The position numbers were made by a program, and so were the translations under genes. From an uncultured delta proteobacterium (GTDB taxonomy: Bacteria; Desulfobacterota; Binatia; UBA9968), in assembly GCA_963745035.1 (NCBI GenBank), contig CAVUVW010000014.1, positions 192,001 to 256,000 on the forward strand: 64,000 nt of DNA, in the 5' to 3' direction. Below are positions 48,581 through 58,646 of this stretch, in pieces (position 1 is the stretch's first letter; every line of letters starts with the position of its first letter). The notes below the pieces were generated by a model that saw nothing but the letters and a program-made list of their open reading frames with translations, was not told the origin of the DNA and did not search any database.

Positions 48581-49591
48581 ATGAAGAAAAATCGAACGCG
48601 CCGTAAAAACCGGCTCGGCACGATTTGCGTCTTGGCACTCCAGCTCACGCTGCCAATACCGATCCTGGGAGCGGAGCGAATGCATACGGCGTATTTTTCA
48701 CCCGCCCCCGGCGCGTCGGCGGTTATTTGGGTAGCCAAAGAAGCGCGGCTGTTTGAAAAACACGGCCTGGACGTGGCGCCCGTGCTGATTCCGAGCAGCG
48801 TGCGAACCTTGCAAGCGATCCTGGCCGGCGAGAGCGCGATTGCCGAGAGCGCCGGACCGGCCGCCGCCAGCGCTCGTCTTGCCGGAGGCGACATCGTCGC
48901 GCTTGCCGGCAGCGTCAATATCCTGACCTACTATTTCGTCACCCTGCCGAACATCAAACGGGCGGAAGATCTCAAAGGGAAGATCGGCGCCAATCAAAGT
49001 CCCGGCACGATAGCCGATTTTGCGCTGCGCGTGAGCTTGAGAAAGCTCGGGCTCGACCCGGTGAAAGACGTGAGCTTGCGCTCGATCGGCGTCCTCTACG
49101 ATCGCATCGCGGCGATGCAAAAAGGCATCGTGCAGTTCACGGTGCTCACCGAAGCGGAAAAGCCGATCGTCGACAAGTTCGGCTACTCGGTTTTGCTCGA
49201 TCTGATCGCGCTCAAAATCCCGTTTCCGCAGCGCGCCATTTACACCACAGGAAAATACATAAAAGAGCAGCCTGACACGGTGCGGCGCTACATGCGCGCG
49301 TACGTCGAGGCGATCCACTATTTCAAAACCCGCAAGGAGGAAACCATTCAAATCCTGCGCAAATATTCGCGCGTGGAGGACCGCGGCGTGCTTGAACATA
49401 CCCAGAGCTGGTTCACCCAGAACATGCCGGACTATCCTTATCCGCCGCTTGAAGGCTACCAGACGGTGCTGCAGGAAATGGCGTCGAGCAATCCCAAAGC
49501 GTCTTCGTTGAATGCCAAAGATCTCGTCGATGCGCGTTTCGTGAAAGAGCTGGAGGACGGCGGCTTCGTTGCAGGTCTCGGCAAGAAGTAG
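48581..49591 (+). CDS. ABC substrate-binding protein (SsuA/NMT1-like)
   Basis: LFEKHGLDV, DLKGKIG, GLDPVKDV. Confidence 0.85.
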   Translation: MKKNRTRRKNRLGTICVLALQLTLPIPILGAERMHTAYFSPAPGASAVIWVAKEARLFEKHGLDVAPVLIPSSVRTLQAILAGESAIAESAGPAAASARLAGGDIVALAGSVNILTYYFVTLPNIKRAEDLKGKIGANQSPGTIADFALRVSLRKLGLDPVKDVSLRSIGVLYDRIAAMQKGIVQFTVLTEAEKPIVDKFGYSVLLDLIALKIPFPQRAIYTTGKYIKEQPDTVRRYMRAYVEAIHYFKTRKEETIQILRKYSRVEDRGVLEHTQSWFTQNMPDYPYPPLEGYQTVLQEMASSNPKASSLNAKDLVDARFVKELEDGGFVAGLGKK

Positions 49592-49682
49592 CGCTGCGTT
49601 GCGGAACTGAGTTGAGAAGAATCGCACAACATTCGAATCAACAGGGTAATACATTTTATCGCGGTATCGAGTCGGAGGTCTC

Positions 49683-50716
49683 ATGAAACACTCGCGTTTG
49701 TTTGGCGCGGTGGTGTTGCTTCTTGTACTCGGCCTCATGGCGCGCTAGCGGCGGCGCAGGAGACGATGCGGGTTGCGATCCCCTTGTTTCCCACGGCCGC
49801 ATTCCCCGTCTTGGTGGCCAACGATCGCGGATTTTTTCAGAAAGAGGGACTCACCGTCGAGCCGATCCGGATCAACAGCGCGCCGACGACTTACCAAGCG
49901 CTCATTTCCGGCGACGTTCACGCGGTGGCGGGCGCGCCGACGGGGCTGCTTCCCAGCCACGCGCAAGGCGCGGACGTCATCGCTCTGGGGAGCTGGGACA
50001 ACCTGGTTCCGTACATCTGGGTCACGCGCGACAAGATCAGCGATGTCCGCGAGCTGCGCGGGAAAAAGGTCGGCGTCAATCGCGCCGGCAGCAAACCCTG
50101 GCTCATCATCCACGTGCTGCTGCAGGACGCCGGTCTCGACCCGGCCAAGGATTTGACCTTGCTGCAGATGGGCGGGGGCTCGCAGGAACGAGTGGCCGCT
50201 TTGATGCGCGGCGGCATCGATGCCACCCTCGCCGATGCGCTTTTCGAGCCGATCATGAAGAAGCGCGGATTTTCCATCTTGCGCACCAAGACCACACCTT
50301 TCATGAATGCGCCGATCGCGGCCAAACGATCCTACATCGCGAGCCACCGGCCGGCGATGAAGAAATTCGTCAAAGCGTTTGCCGACGCGACGCGCTACAT
50401 GATCGACAACAGAGAAGGCACGCTCCGCCCCCTGACTCAGCTGCTCAACACCAACGATCCGGAGGTGACGGACTTCGCCTACCAGTATCTGCACGCCAAC
50501 TCCGAGGCTTCGCTCTACCCGCCGGAGGCTGCGGTCCAAAATCTGATCCGGATGTCCGGCTACATGGATAAAAAATTGGCGTCGATCACTGCCAACAGAA
50601 TTTTGGATCTGTCGCTTCTCGAAGAGATCGGCACCAAACGGCACAGCGCGCGCAGAAATAGCCGTGGTTTACGGGCTTTCCCACGTCGCGCCATGTCCGT
50701 CCCAGCGATGAGGTGA
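49683..50716 (+). CDS. ABC substrate-binding protein (SsuA/NMT1-like), apparent frameshift in the signal peptide
   Basis: GGAGG-ATG at 49683; GFFQKEGLTV, LRGKKVGV, GLDPAKDL. Confidence 0.8.
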
Positions 50717-50773
50717 AATATTGAGGTCTCTTCGGTATCTTGAAGTCCTTCGCCTAAGGCAAAGAGGAGGTTT

Positions 50774-50881
50774 GTCTTGCCGGCGGAGGCCGGCATCCAG
50801 GTTTGCATTCGGTTCAAGTACAAAAAGAGACTGGATTCCGTCCCCGGATCGAGTCCGGGGCAGGCTGTGCGCCGGACTGAC
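50774..50881. repeat. REP-like palindromic repeat with nested hairpin
   Basis: GTCTTGCCGGCGGAGGCCGGCATCCAG...CTGGATTCCG, inner CCCCGGA-TCGAG-TCCGGGG, ending CGCCGGACTGAC. Confidence 0.7.
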
Positions 50882-50950
50882 GGGAACGCGCTTCGATTTT
50901 AAGTCGACGCTATCAAAATTTCTCTCTAGGTCGACGAAATTCAGAATTAC

Positions 50951-51704
50951 CTAGCGCGTGCTCGCATAATATTCGACCCGGCGCTCGACAAACGCCACGG
51001 CTTCCGATACTGCAAAGGCAAAGGTGAACACCACGATCACCAGCGCCCAGAATTCCTCCATGAGGAAGTGCTGCGAGTAAAGCTCGAACAGTTCCCCCAC
51101 GCCGATGATGGCGATCAAGAGTTGACCGATCACCACGCCCTTGACTCCGCGGATGACGCTAAGGCGCACGCCGGCGAGGATCTCCGGCAGCGCGCATAAA
51201 AATAGCACCTTCGTATAAAGCTGGCGGCGGGTCGCGCCGAAGCAGCGGGCCATTTCGACGAGCGAGCGGTCCGCCTGCTTTATGCCGACGTGGGTGTCGA
51301 TGACAATCACGAAGACCGCGAATAGAAATACCGTGACGACGACGGTCGCTTCGCCGATACCGATAACTGCCATGAGGATCGGCACTAACGCGGAGATCGG
51401 CGCGCTGATGAAGATATTGACCCAAAGACCGAGGATCTTTCCCACACTTGCGACTCTGCGCCATGAGCACGCCGAGCGGAATACCGACGAGCAAGGCCAA
51501 AGACATGCCGAGCGCGAAGGAGCGCAGCGAAATTGCGACCGCAGTGCTGAATTTCGGCGTCGGGATGATCGTAATACCGGCGGCGATTACCCCGGAAAAA
51601 GGCGGCACGATCGTCGACAGTTTTGCCCGTCCGACAATCTCCCAGACGACGAACCAGACCAGCAGCGAGAAAAGGATAGGAATCCGCTTGCCAAAAATAA
51701 TCAT
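50951..51704 (-). CDS. NitT/TauT ABC transporter permease, apparent frameshift near 51455
   Basis: WEIVGR..IVPPFS; EAA-like LVEMARCFGATRRQL; two ORFs. Confidence 0.85.
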
Positions 51705-51732
51705 GCCAGCTCACGAATCAGGCGAAATGCAA

Positions 51733-51778
51733 TTGGAGTAATGGAGTGTTGGATCGAAACCATCACTCCAACACTCCA
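51733..51778. repeat. TGGAGTAA/ACTCCA 9-nt-unit palindromic repeat
   Basis: TTGGAGTAATGGAGTGTTGG...CATCACTCCAACACTCCA; relatives at 53365, 55629, 61893. Confidence 0.75.
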
Positions 51779-51783
51779 TCTCC

Positions 51784-52548
51784 TCACACGTACTGCTTCA
51801 GAATCTGCCATATCCGGTCCACCGTATCGAGGTAATTCTTATCGCGGCGAATCTCGTCCGGGTTCTTCCCCTGCCGGGCGATATCGGGCTCGACGATCTG
51901 CGACACTCTTCCCGGGCGTGGCGATAGAAGCACGATCCGATCCGAAAGATAGACAGCCTCTTCGATGCTGTGGGTCACGAAGATTACGGTTTTCTTTTTG
52001 TGCCTGAGCAGATCGAGGAGCTCTTCTTGAAACTTCCGCCGGGTTTGCTCATCGACCGAAGAAAAAGGTTCGTCCATTAAAATAATATCGGCGTCCACCG
52101 TGAGAGCGCGCGCCAGGCCCACCCGCTGGCGCATGCCGCCCGAGAGCTGATGGGGATAGGTCGATTCGAAGGACTTGAGTCCGACCTCATCGATATGCTT
52201 ACGCGCGACTTGTTCCCGCTCGCTTTTCGCCAGACCGCGCAACTCAAGACCGAAGGCCACGTTGCGCAACACATTGGCCCACGGCAGGAGCGCAAAGTCT
52301 TGAAAGACAAACGCTCGCTCGGGACCCGGGCCATCAACCCTTTTGCCCTTGACCCAAACTTCACCCAGGCTGGGCGGAATCAATCCGGCGATAATCTTGA
52401 GAAGGGTTGTCTTGCCGCACCCACTCGGTCCGAGAAATGTGCTCAAGTTGCCCTGCGGCAGAGCCAAGTCGATGCTCGTCAACGCCTCGACCCCGCCTTC
52501 GTAGGTCTTGCCAACGGCTTTGACTTCGATGGCGGCGTCAGCCGGCAT
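51784..52548 (-). CDS. NitT/TauT ABC transporter ATP-binding protein
   Basis: GPSGCGKT, YPHQLSGGMRQR, MDEPF, FVTHSIEEAV. Confidence 0.93.
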   Translation of the reverse strand: MPADAAIEVKAVGKTYEGGVEALTSIDLALPQGNLSTFLGPSGCGKTTLLKIIAGLIPPSLGEVWVKGKRVDGPGPERAFVFQDFALLPWANVLRNVAFGLELRGLAKSEREQVARKHIDEVGLKSFESTYPHQLSGGMRQRVGLARALTVDADIILMDEPFSSVDEQTRRKFQEELLDLLRHKKKTVIFVTHSIEEAVYLSDRIVLLSPRPGRVSQIVEPDIARQGKNPDEIRRDKNYLDTVDRIWQILKQYV

Positions 52549-53314
52549 GCTCGACTCCCCGGATCTCAGGCGGAAAGAGCTTGCGTTCGAGTTTCTCGAG
52601 GAGGTGGATGGTCAAGGCGGCAAAGATAATGATCGAAGCGATGACGGCAAACATATTCGGGTAATCCGCCACCGAACTGTTATACGTGATGAGATCGCCG
52701 ATGCCGGTCGGTGTAATCAGCAACTCCGCGATCACAATGCCGATGAATCCCATCGCCAGTCCGAGCCGCAGCCCGGCGAAGATCAATGCGCCGGCATGCG
52801 GCAGAATGATCTTGACGATTTCCTGCCGCCTCGTGCCGAGAAAGGCGCGGCACATCTGAATGAGCGAAGGGTTGGCGTTGCGGATTCCTTTGTAAGAATT
52901 CATCACGATGACCGGTGAAGCCAATATTACGACGGCGAGCACTTTGGAAGTTAGGCCGATCCCGTATGTATAAGTAAGGAGCGGGATGATCGCCGCCATG
53001 GGCGCGGCCTGAAGCACGATCATGATCGGCAGGGTGAGCCACTCGACCGAGCGCGACAGTCCCATCGCGATGCCAAAGCCGATGCCGGCGACGCTCGACA
53101 ACGCGATGCCGAGCACCAACGGTTGCAGCGTTATCAAATAAGCCTTAACGAGGCTGCCGTCGCCAATCATGAAAAGGAGCGCCAGCAAGGTCTGGCTGAA
53201 CGGTGGAAAGGCGAGACTGATCGGCCAGCGGCCGGCAATCTCCCAAACACCGAACACGATAGCGAAGGAGATCAGTTGCCAGGCGAAAGCGGAGAGGGAG
53301 CGATGTTGTGGCAC
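52538..53314 (-). CDS. NitT/TauT ABC transporter permease
   Basis: VWEIAGR, FPPFS, IFAGLRLG, VIAEL. Confidence 0.9.
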   Translation of the reverse strand: MPQHRSLSAFAWQLISFAIVFGVWEIAGRWPISLAFPPFSQTLLALLFMIGDGSLVKAYLITLQPLVLGIALSSVAGIGFGIAMGLSRSVEWLTLPIMIVLQAAPMAAIIPLLTYTYGIGLTSKVLAVVILASPVIVMNSYKGIRNANPSLIQMCRAFLGTRRQEIVKIILPHAGALIFAGLRLGLAMGFIGIVIAELLITPTGIGDLITYNSSVADYPNMFAVIASIIIFAALTIHLLEKLERKLFPPEIRGVEHAG

Positions 53315-53364
53315 GGAAACAATTTCTGAAAGCCAGTCAAAAATTTTTCAACTTCAGGATCGGG

Positions 53365-53420
53365 GGAGTAATGGAGTTAACAAATTACAAACCCAACACT
53401 CCATTACTCCATAACTCCAA
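53365..53420. repeat. TGGAGTAA/ACTCCA repeat
   Basis: GGAGTAATGGAGTTA...CCAACACTCCATTACTCCATAACTCCAA. Confidence 0.75.
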
Positions 53421-53426
53421 CGCGCC

Positions 53427-54413
53427 TCACTTGACATTGGCGAGCGCCGCTTTAAGCGCGGAGAAGTGCCAGAAGTCATCCTCTTTCAGATTCTCCCCTT
53501 TGAGGGCTCCGGACAGGCTGTAGAACTCGAGATCGTTCTTCGCGGCATTGGCAAGTCCGCCGTCATTGGGGAATACGCCGTTTTGCACCGCCTCCTGGAA
53601 ATAAGGAAGAATCTCCTCTTCCATCTTTGCCGGGAGGTCTTTCAACAAACCCAGCTTCTTGCGCTCGTCGAGAACCCACTTGGGGTTGGCATTGATGGCG
53701 CGATTCACCTTGACCAGCTCTTCGATGAAGATTCTCAAGGCCGCCTGGTTCTTATCGATAAAGTCGCGCATGGCGAACAGCGCTTCATCGCTCGCCTTCA
53801 CGTCGCCCAGCGGCAGAATGATGAATTTGTCGGCTGCCTCTTTCATCACCATGTTTTTGTTGGACGCGTCGAGAATCGTCGCCTTGATATTGCCCTTCAA
53901 GAGCGCCAGGGCGCGCACCTGCGAGCCGGGAACGTAGCTCACGTTCTTATACTTGATGCCGTGCTGCTTGGCGGCGAGAATCATAATCGCTTCGGTGCCC
54001 GAGCCGCGGCCCTGAACCGCGATCTCCTGGCCGTCGAGGTCTTTCCAACTCTTGTAGCTCTCCTTGTTGACCACCGGGAAAAACTGCAGCGCGCTCAACT
54101 GGTAAAACATGCGGATCGGCGCGCCCAGTTTTTGCAGCGCCGCGTAGGGCGTGCCCTGCCCGACGTCGGCTTGGCCGTTGATCACGGCTTGAGTGGCGAG
54201 CTCTTCGCTTTTGAAAGCGGTGATTTCGACGTCGACCCCGCGCGGCTTGGCGTGCTCGGCGGCGATCAAAAGCGGCAGCTCGTCGATCGAAATAACATCG
54301 CCCAAAGCATAGCGGATCTTGGTCCTGCCTTGGGCATCCGCCTGGCCAGCCAATCCGGCGATCAACGCCGCCACCATCAGAAGATTGACAATCGACTTCT
54401 CCATTCGAATCAT
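53427..54413 (-). CDS. NitT/TauT ABC substrate-binding protein
   Basis: Signal peptide; SWKDLDGQEIAVQGRGSGT; first gene of the ABC operon. Confidence 0.85.
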   Translation of the reverse strand: MIRMEKSIVNLLMVAALIAGLAGQADAQGRTKIRYALGDVISIDELPLLIAAEHAKPRGVDVEITAFKSEELATQAVINGQADVGQGTPYAALQKLGAPIRMFYQLSALQFFPVVNKESYKSWKDLDGQEIAVQGRGSGTEAIMILAAKQHGIKYKNVSYVPGSQVRALALLKGNIKATILDASNKNMVMKEAADKFIILPLGDVKASDEALFAMRDFIDKNQAALRIFIEELVKVNRAINANPKWVLDERKKLGLLKDLPAKMEEEILPYFQEAVQNGVFPNDGGLANAAKNDLEFYSLSGALKGENLKEDDFWHFSALKAALANVK

Positions 54414-54609
54414 CGCAGCCACCTCCTGTTCATGATCTGGAATCGCGGGAGTACCGCACAACCGGCCCCGCTGTCAAGCCGTTTTTTGCTCTCAAACTCG
54501 CGATTATACTTCAGCTTGACAAGCTGATTGACGCTTGATTAGCGTCCCATTTACCTGAGCTGCGTCGCCCGTACTATCACGCGCCCTAAGTCATAGAGGA
54601 GGAATAGAT

Positions 54610-55629
54610 ATGCCGGTTCTCCTACTTGGACTGTTTTTGCTGCTCGGTACTCTCAAATGCGCCGTTGCGGCGCCCATCGACGATTTGGTCGCAGCGGCGA
54701 GGAAAGAAGGAGTGATCGAGATGCTCGCTCCTTCCACGACAGGCGACAAGGGCGCGCAAGCGCTGGGCAACGCCTTCAACAAGAAGTACGGCCTCAACAT
54801 AAAAGTAAACTACACTCCGTCTTCCAACATGACCGGCGACGTCGCCAAGTTGGTCATGGGCGCGGCCTCGCGCGCCACGCCGGAATGGGATGTCATGCTT
54901 GTCACCGACGCGCACCACGCTACTTTGTGGGGAAAACAACTTCATCAGACATTCGATTATGCGAAACTTGGCGTGGCCCGGGAATTGATTCAGTACGACA
55001 ACGGCGTCATCAGCTTGGCCAACCAGTTCGTGCTGCCTGCTTACAACAAGACCGTCCTACGCGCGCAAGACGTGCCGAAGCGGTGGGAAGATCTTCTCGA
55101 TGCGAAATGGAAAGGTGGAAAGCTCGGCGTATCGACCGCGACCCACCACTTGTCGCGCTTGGCGGTAGGGCCCTGGGGCGAGGCCAAAACCTCGGAGTTT
55201 GTCGGCGCGATCGCCAAACAGGAACCGATTCTCGGAACGCTGGCGAATCTTTATAACCGGCTTCTCCTCGGTGAAATCTTGCTGATCTCGACCCTCACGG
55301 ACAGTTTCATCTCTCAAGCGAAGCGCGACAGTGCCCCGATCGTCTTCGCGGAAGGCTTGGATCCGGTGATCTCCCCCACTTACAACGCCGGTGTGCCCAA
55401 AGGCGCGCGCCATCCCAACGTCGGACATCTCTTTGCGGTTTTTCTGACAGACTTGGAAGCGCAAGAAGTCTGGGAAAAGTTCAACGGTCAGACCTCGGCC
55501 CTCATTCCCGGCACGACTGCTTACAAGTACGCTCAAGGAAAACGTCTTCTGCAGATGACGCAGAATCAAGCGCAAACCGTCGACCGGCTGGCGCGGCAGT
55601 ACGGCAAGGTGCTGGGGTTCGAGAGATAG
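54610..55629 (+). CDS. Extracellular solute-binding protein (AfuA-like)
   Basis: AARKEG, PKRWEDLLDAKWKG, ARHPNVG. Confidence 0.83.
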   Translation: MPVLLLGLFLLLGTLKCAVAAPIDDLVAAARKEGVIEMLAPSTTGDKGAQALGNAFNKKYGLNIKVNYTPSSNMTGDVAKLVMGAASRATPEWDVMLVTDAHHATLWGKQLHQTFDYAKLGVARELIQYDNGVISLANQFVLPAYNKTVLRAQDVPKRWEDLLDAKWKGGKLGVSTATHHLSRLAVGPWGEAKTSEFVGAIAKQEPILGTLANLYNRLLLGEILLISTLTDSFISQAKRDSAPIVFAEGLDPVISPTYNAGVPKGARHPNVGHLFAVFLTDLEAQEVWEKFNGQTSALIPGTTAYKYAQGKRLLQMTQNQAQTVDRLARQYGKVLGFER

Positions 55630-55785
55630 GGAGAATGGAGTGGAGAATGGAGTGATGGTCCCTCGTTCGGCCGCAGAATAATGCAATTTTGCGCCAAATG
55701 CGAATTTCCAAACTCAAAAATCGAAGATCCGGTAAAGAAATGGCGAAAAGAAAGAGTTTCGGTCGCGGATTTCGGATTTGAGCGA

Positions 55786-56850
55786 TTATTCACTCGCGCC
55801 GGAGCGCAATCTTACCGATTCGTTGGACCCCTCGCTGTTGATCACGTCGATCATTTGGCGCAGGCGGGCGTAGTCTTCATGGTTAAAGCGCATGACGAGT
55901 CGGTGCAAGTGGAGCGTGTTGGCGTCGTTGGCTTCGGCCGAGAGCGGCTCACTTTGCCGGACTTCGCCGATCACGATATCGCGAAAGTCGCGGTTGAGCC
56001 GGTCGATCAACTCGGGGGAAGGCGGATCGTTGAGACGAATGACCAGCTCGTGCTCGACGAAACGGTAGGAATGAAAATTACGATAAAAGCTCACGATTTC
56101 CTCGAGCGCGGCCGGGGCGCTGGTGTGGATTCTGAAAAAAGTCATCTCCCGCTCGTTGATGTAGCCACGGCTCATCACGTCGGCGCGAAGAAACTCCTGC
56201 CAGCGCGACCAGTACGCGCCGCCCGGCACGTCCATCAAAATGATCGGCACGAGCTGAGTCTTGCCGGTCTGCGCCAGAGTGATGGATTCCATCAGCTCGT
56301 CGTGGGTCCCAAAGCCGCCGGGAAAAATAACCACCGCGTCGGCTTCTTTGACGAACATGAGCTTGCGCGTGAAGAAGAAATGAAAGTTCATCAGCTTGGG
56401 GTCGTTGCGGATGAACGGGTTGGCGTCCTGCACCGACGGCAAACGGATGTTGACGCCGAAGCTCTTTTCTCTTCCGGCGCCCTCGTGGCCGGCCTGCATG
56501 ATGCCCGGTCCGGCGCCGGTGATCACCATAAAGCCGGCGTCCGCTAATTGCTGTCCGACGCTGCGCGCCAGATGGTAATGAGCATCTTCTTCGGGAACGC
56601 GCGTCGAGCCGAAGATGCTCACCTTGCGAATGTGCCGGTAGGGCGCGAAGATGCGAAACGCGTGGCGCAGCTCCTGGAGAGTGCGGTTCAAGATTTTCAG
56701 ATCGCCGCGCTCGGCATTGTCCTGAGCGAGCTTGAGCAGCGTGCGCAGGATCCCGGCGAACTGATCGGCGTTGACGAAATCATTTTGCGACTCCAGCCAT
56801 GCTTCGATCTGCGCTCCGAGATCGGCTAAACTTTTGTTTTGCTGTTCCAT
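55786..56850 (-). CDS. LOG family protein (TIGR00730-like Rossmann fold)
   Basis: VSIFGSTR, ITGAGPGIM, FFTRKLMF, PGGFGTHDE. Confidence 0.88.
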   Translation of the reverse strand: MEQQNKSLADLGAQIEAWLESQNDFVNADQFAGILRTLLKLAQDNAERGDLKILNRTLQELRHAFRIFAPYRHIRKVSIFGSTRVPEEDAHYHLARSVGQQLADAGFMVITGAGPGIMQAGHEGAGREKSFGVNIRLPSVQDANPFIRNDPKLMNFHFFFTRKLMFVKEADAVVIFPGGFGTHDELMESITLAQTGKTQLVPIILMDVPGGAYWSRWQEFLRADVMSRGYINEREMTFFRIHTSAPAALEEIVSFYRNFHSYRFVEHELVIRLNDPPSPELIDRLNRDFRDIVIGEVRQSEPLSAEANDANTLHLHRLVMRFNHEDYARLRQMIDVINSEGSNESVRLRSGASE

Positions 56851-57062
56851 CGACTTATTTACTTTCACGGCGAACGTTTTCGTCTGGGTTTTGATCATAC
56901 GAACGGCTCTTAAACAGCCACGGGATCATAGCTTCTCTATCAGTATAGACGATGAGCCGCTCTCAGCCTAGGCGATGCCGTTACACTGCGGATTTCCACA
57001 TTGATTTAGCTTGACAACGCGTGCCACAATCAAGTCTTAGATTTGCGGGCGGGATTTCGCCG

Positions 57063-57965
57063 ATGTTTGGAAGCGACGGTTCGGACTCACCGGCGGCGGT
57101 GAAAGTCACGGTCGTCTACGAGGCTTGGCGCGCTCATCCACTCGCCTGGATTCATCGGGCCGAAGCGCGCTCGATCATCGAAGAATTGCGGCGCGCCGGA
57201 TACGTGGTTCAAACCGAGCGACTGGGCCATGACGCCGCGGCGAACTCTCTTGCCGAGCGGCCTTTGTTGCGGCTTTCCGATCCCGTGATGCGCGCCGCCG
57301 TGCAGGCGCTGACGCGCTCTCGGAAGGCCTATTTCGGGCCGAGCGCCGCGGTCATGGAGCGCTGCTACGACAAGTACGAAGCGCATCGGCTCGCGGCGGC
57401 TCACGAGGTTGACTGTCCCAGCACGATCCTTGCGGATCAACCCGGAGAGATTCCATTCCCGCTCGTGTTAAAGCCGCGGCGCGGATCGGATTCGATCGGC
57501 CTGCGGATTGTCCGCGCCGGTTCGATTCCCGCGCGCTTTCAGACCGACGAATACATCGTCCAACGGCAGATTCGCGGGCACGAGCTGACCGTCGCGGTTT
57601 TCGGCGATCGCGCCGGCCTGCCGCTGCGTATTCTTCTGCCGGACGGAACGCCGTATTCTTTTTTGCGCAAATATCTGCGGCGTCCGCCGCGGATGCCGGT
57701 CGCAGACGCGGACCTCGTTGGACGAGTACGCCGCGCGGCCGCGAAAATCGCCCGGATCTTCGGAGTCGACTGGGCGGCGCGCATCGATCTGATTCATGAA
57801 AGGTCCACCGATCGGTTGTGGTTTCTCGAATGCGACGCGGCGCCGCTCGTCGGCGCGCGCTCGGCGTTCGCCGCCAGTTTCGAAGCGGCGGGCGTAGCTC
57901 GCGGCCAACAACTGCGCATGCTCTTGGGTGAAGCCGTGAAAGACTCGCCGGGTGGAGCTCATTGA
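57063..57965 (+). CDS. ATP-grasp protein (D-Ala-D-Ala ligase-like)
   Basis: YFGPS, CYDK, FPLVLKPRRGSDSIG, GHELTVAV, ARIDL, FLECD; start uncertain. Confidence 0.7.
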   Translation: MFGSDGSDSPAAVKVTVVYEAWRAHPLAWIHRAEARSIIEELRRAGYVVQTERLGHDAAANSLAERPLLRLSDPVMRAAVQALTRSRKAYFGPSAAVMERCYDKYEAHRLAAAHEVDCPSTILADQPGEIPFPLVLKPRRGSDSIGLRIVRAGSIPARFQTDEYIVQRQIRGHELTVAVFGDRAGLPLRILLPDGTPYSFLRKYLRRPPRMPVADADLVGRVRRAAAKIARIFGVDWAARIDLIHERSTDRLWFLECDAAPLVGARSAFAASFEAAGVARGQQLRMLLGEAVKDSPGGAH

Positions 57966-58101
57966 AAATAATTCCAACGACTTATCGCGGCAGGCGATGA
58001 CCCGATCGCGCGGAAGTTGATAGCGCCGGGAAAAAGACATGCGACGTTGCTTGCGATCGCAAAGATTTTACGCATACTGGAAGCCTGAAAGCGTCTTGAG
58101 A

Positions 58102-58533
58102 ATGGCCGGCGTCATCAGAAAAACTACACCGTGGAAAAGCCGGGCTCCCGTCGAGCAGGTTGCGCTGGATGAGTGCGGCTACCCGACCGGCATGGTCTGG
58201 TGTCCGATGAAGATGAGCGGCATGGCGCTGATGAAATGCGCCGAGATGCAGAAAGAGTTGGGCTGCGGCAGTCTCAAGCAGTTCAAAATTTTAACCACCG
58301 CCAGGCCCGGCAGCGTGCCGTTTTACTGGCCCTGGCTGCGGCGCGGGCGCGAGTGTCCGGAGCGGGCCGGTGAAAAAGAAGTGCGCGAGTTGCGGCTGGC
58401 GTTGAGCCCGCTCAAGTTGGTGGAAAAGAGCCGGAAGAATCCCCGCGCCTATCGCTGCCCGCACTGCGGCGGCCGCAAAGCGTTCGGCGCCCGCCAGTGC
58501 CGGCGCTGCTGGCGCCGCGCCGTGGAACGCTGA
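58102..58533 (+). CDS. Cysteine-rich hypothetical protein with a C-terminal zinc ribbon
   Basis: CPHC-x10-CRRC plus five more Cys; basic. Confidence 0.6.
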   Translation: MAGVIRKTTPWKSRAPVEQVALDECGYPTGMVWCPMKMSGMALMKCAEMQKELGCGSLKQFKILTTARPGSVPFYWPWLRRGRECPERAGEKEVRELRLALSPLKLVEKSRKNPRAYRCPHCGGRKAFGARQCRRCWRRAVER

Positions 58534-58646
58534 CCGCGCCTCTCGATGCTCTGACAAGCTCAGCATGCACGGTGGTTTTCATCAATCGAGCCAAGTTCCA
58601 TTCCGCTCGGCTGGGCTTGGCGAATAGCCCGCAGAGCTTTTCCACA

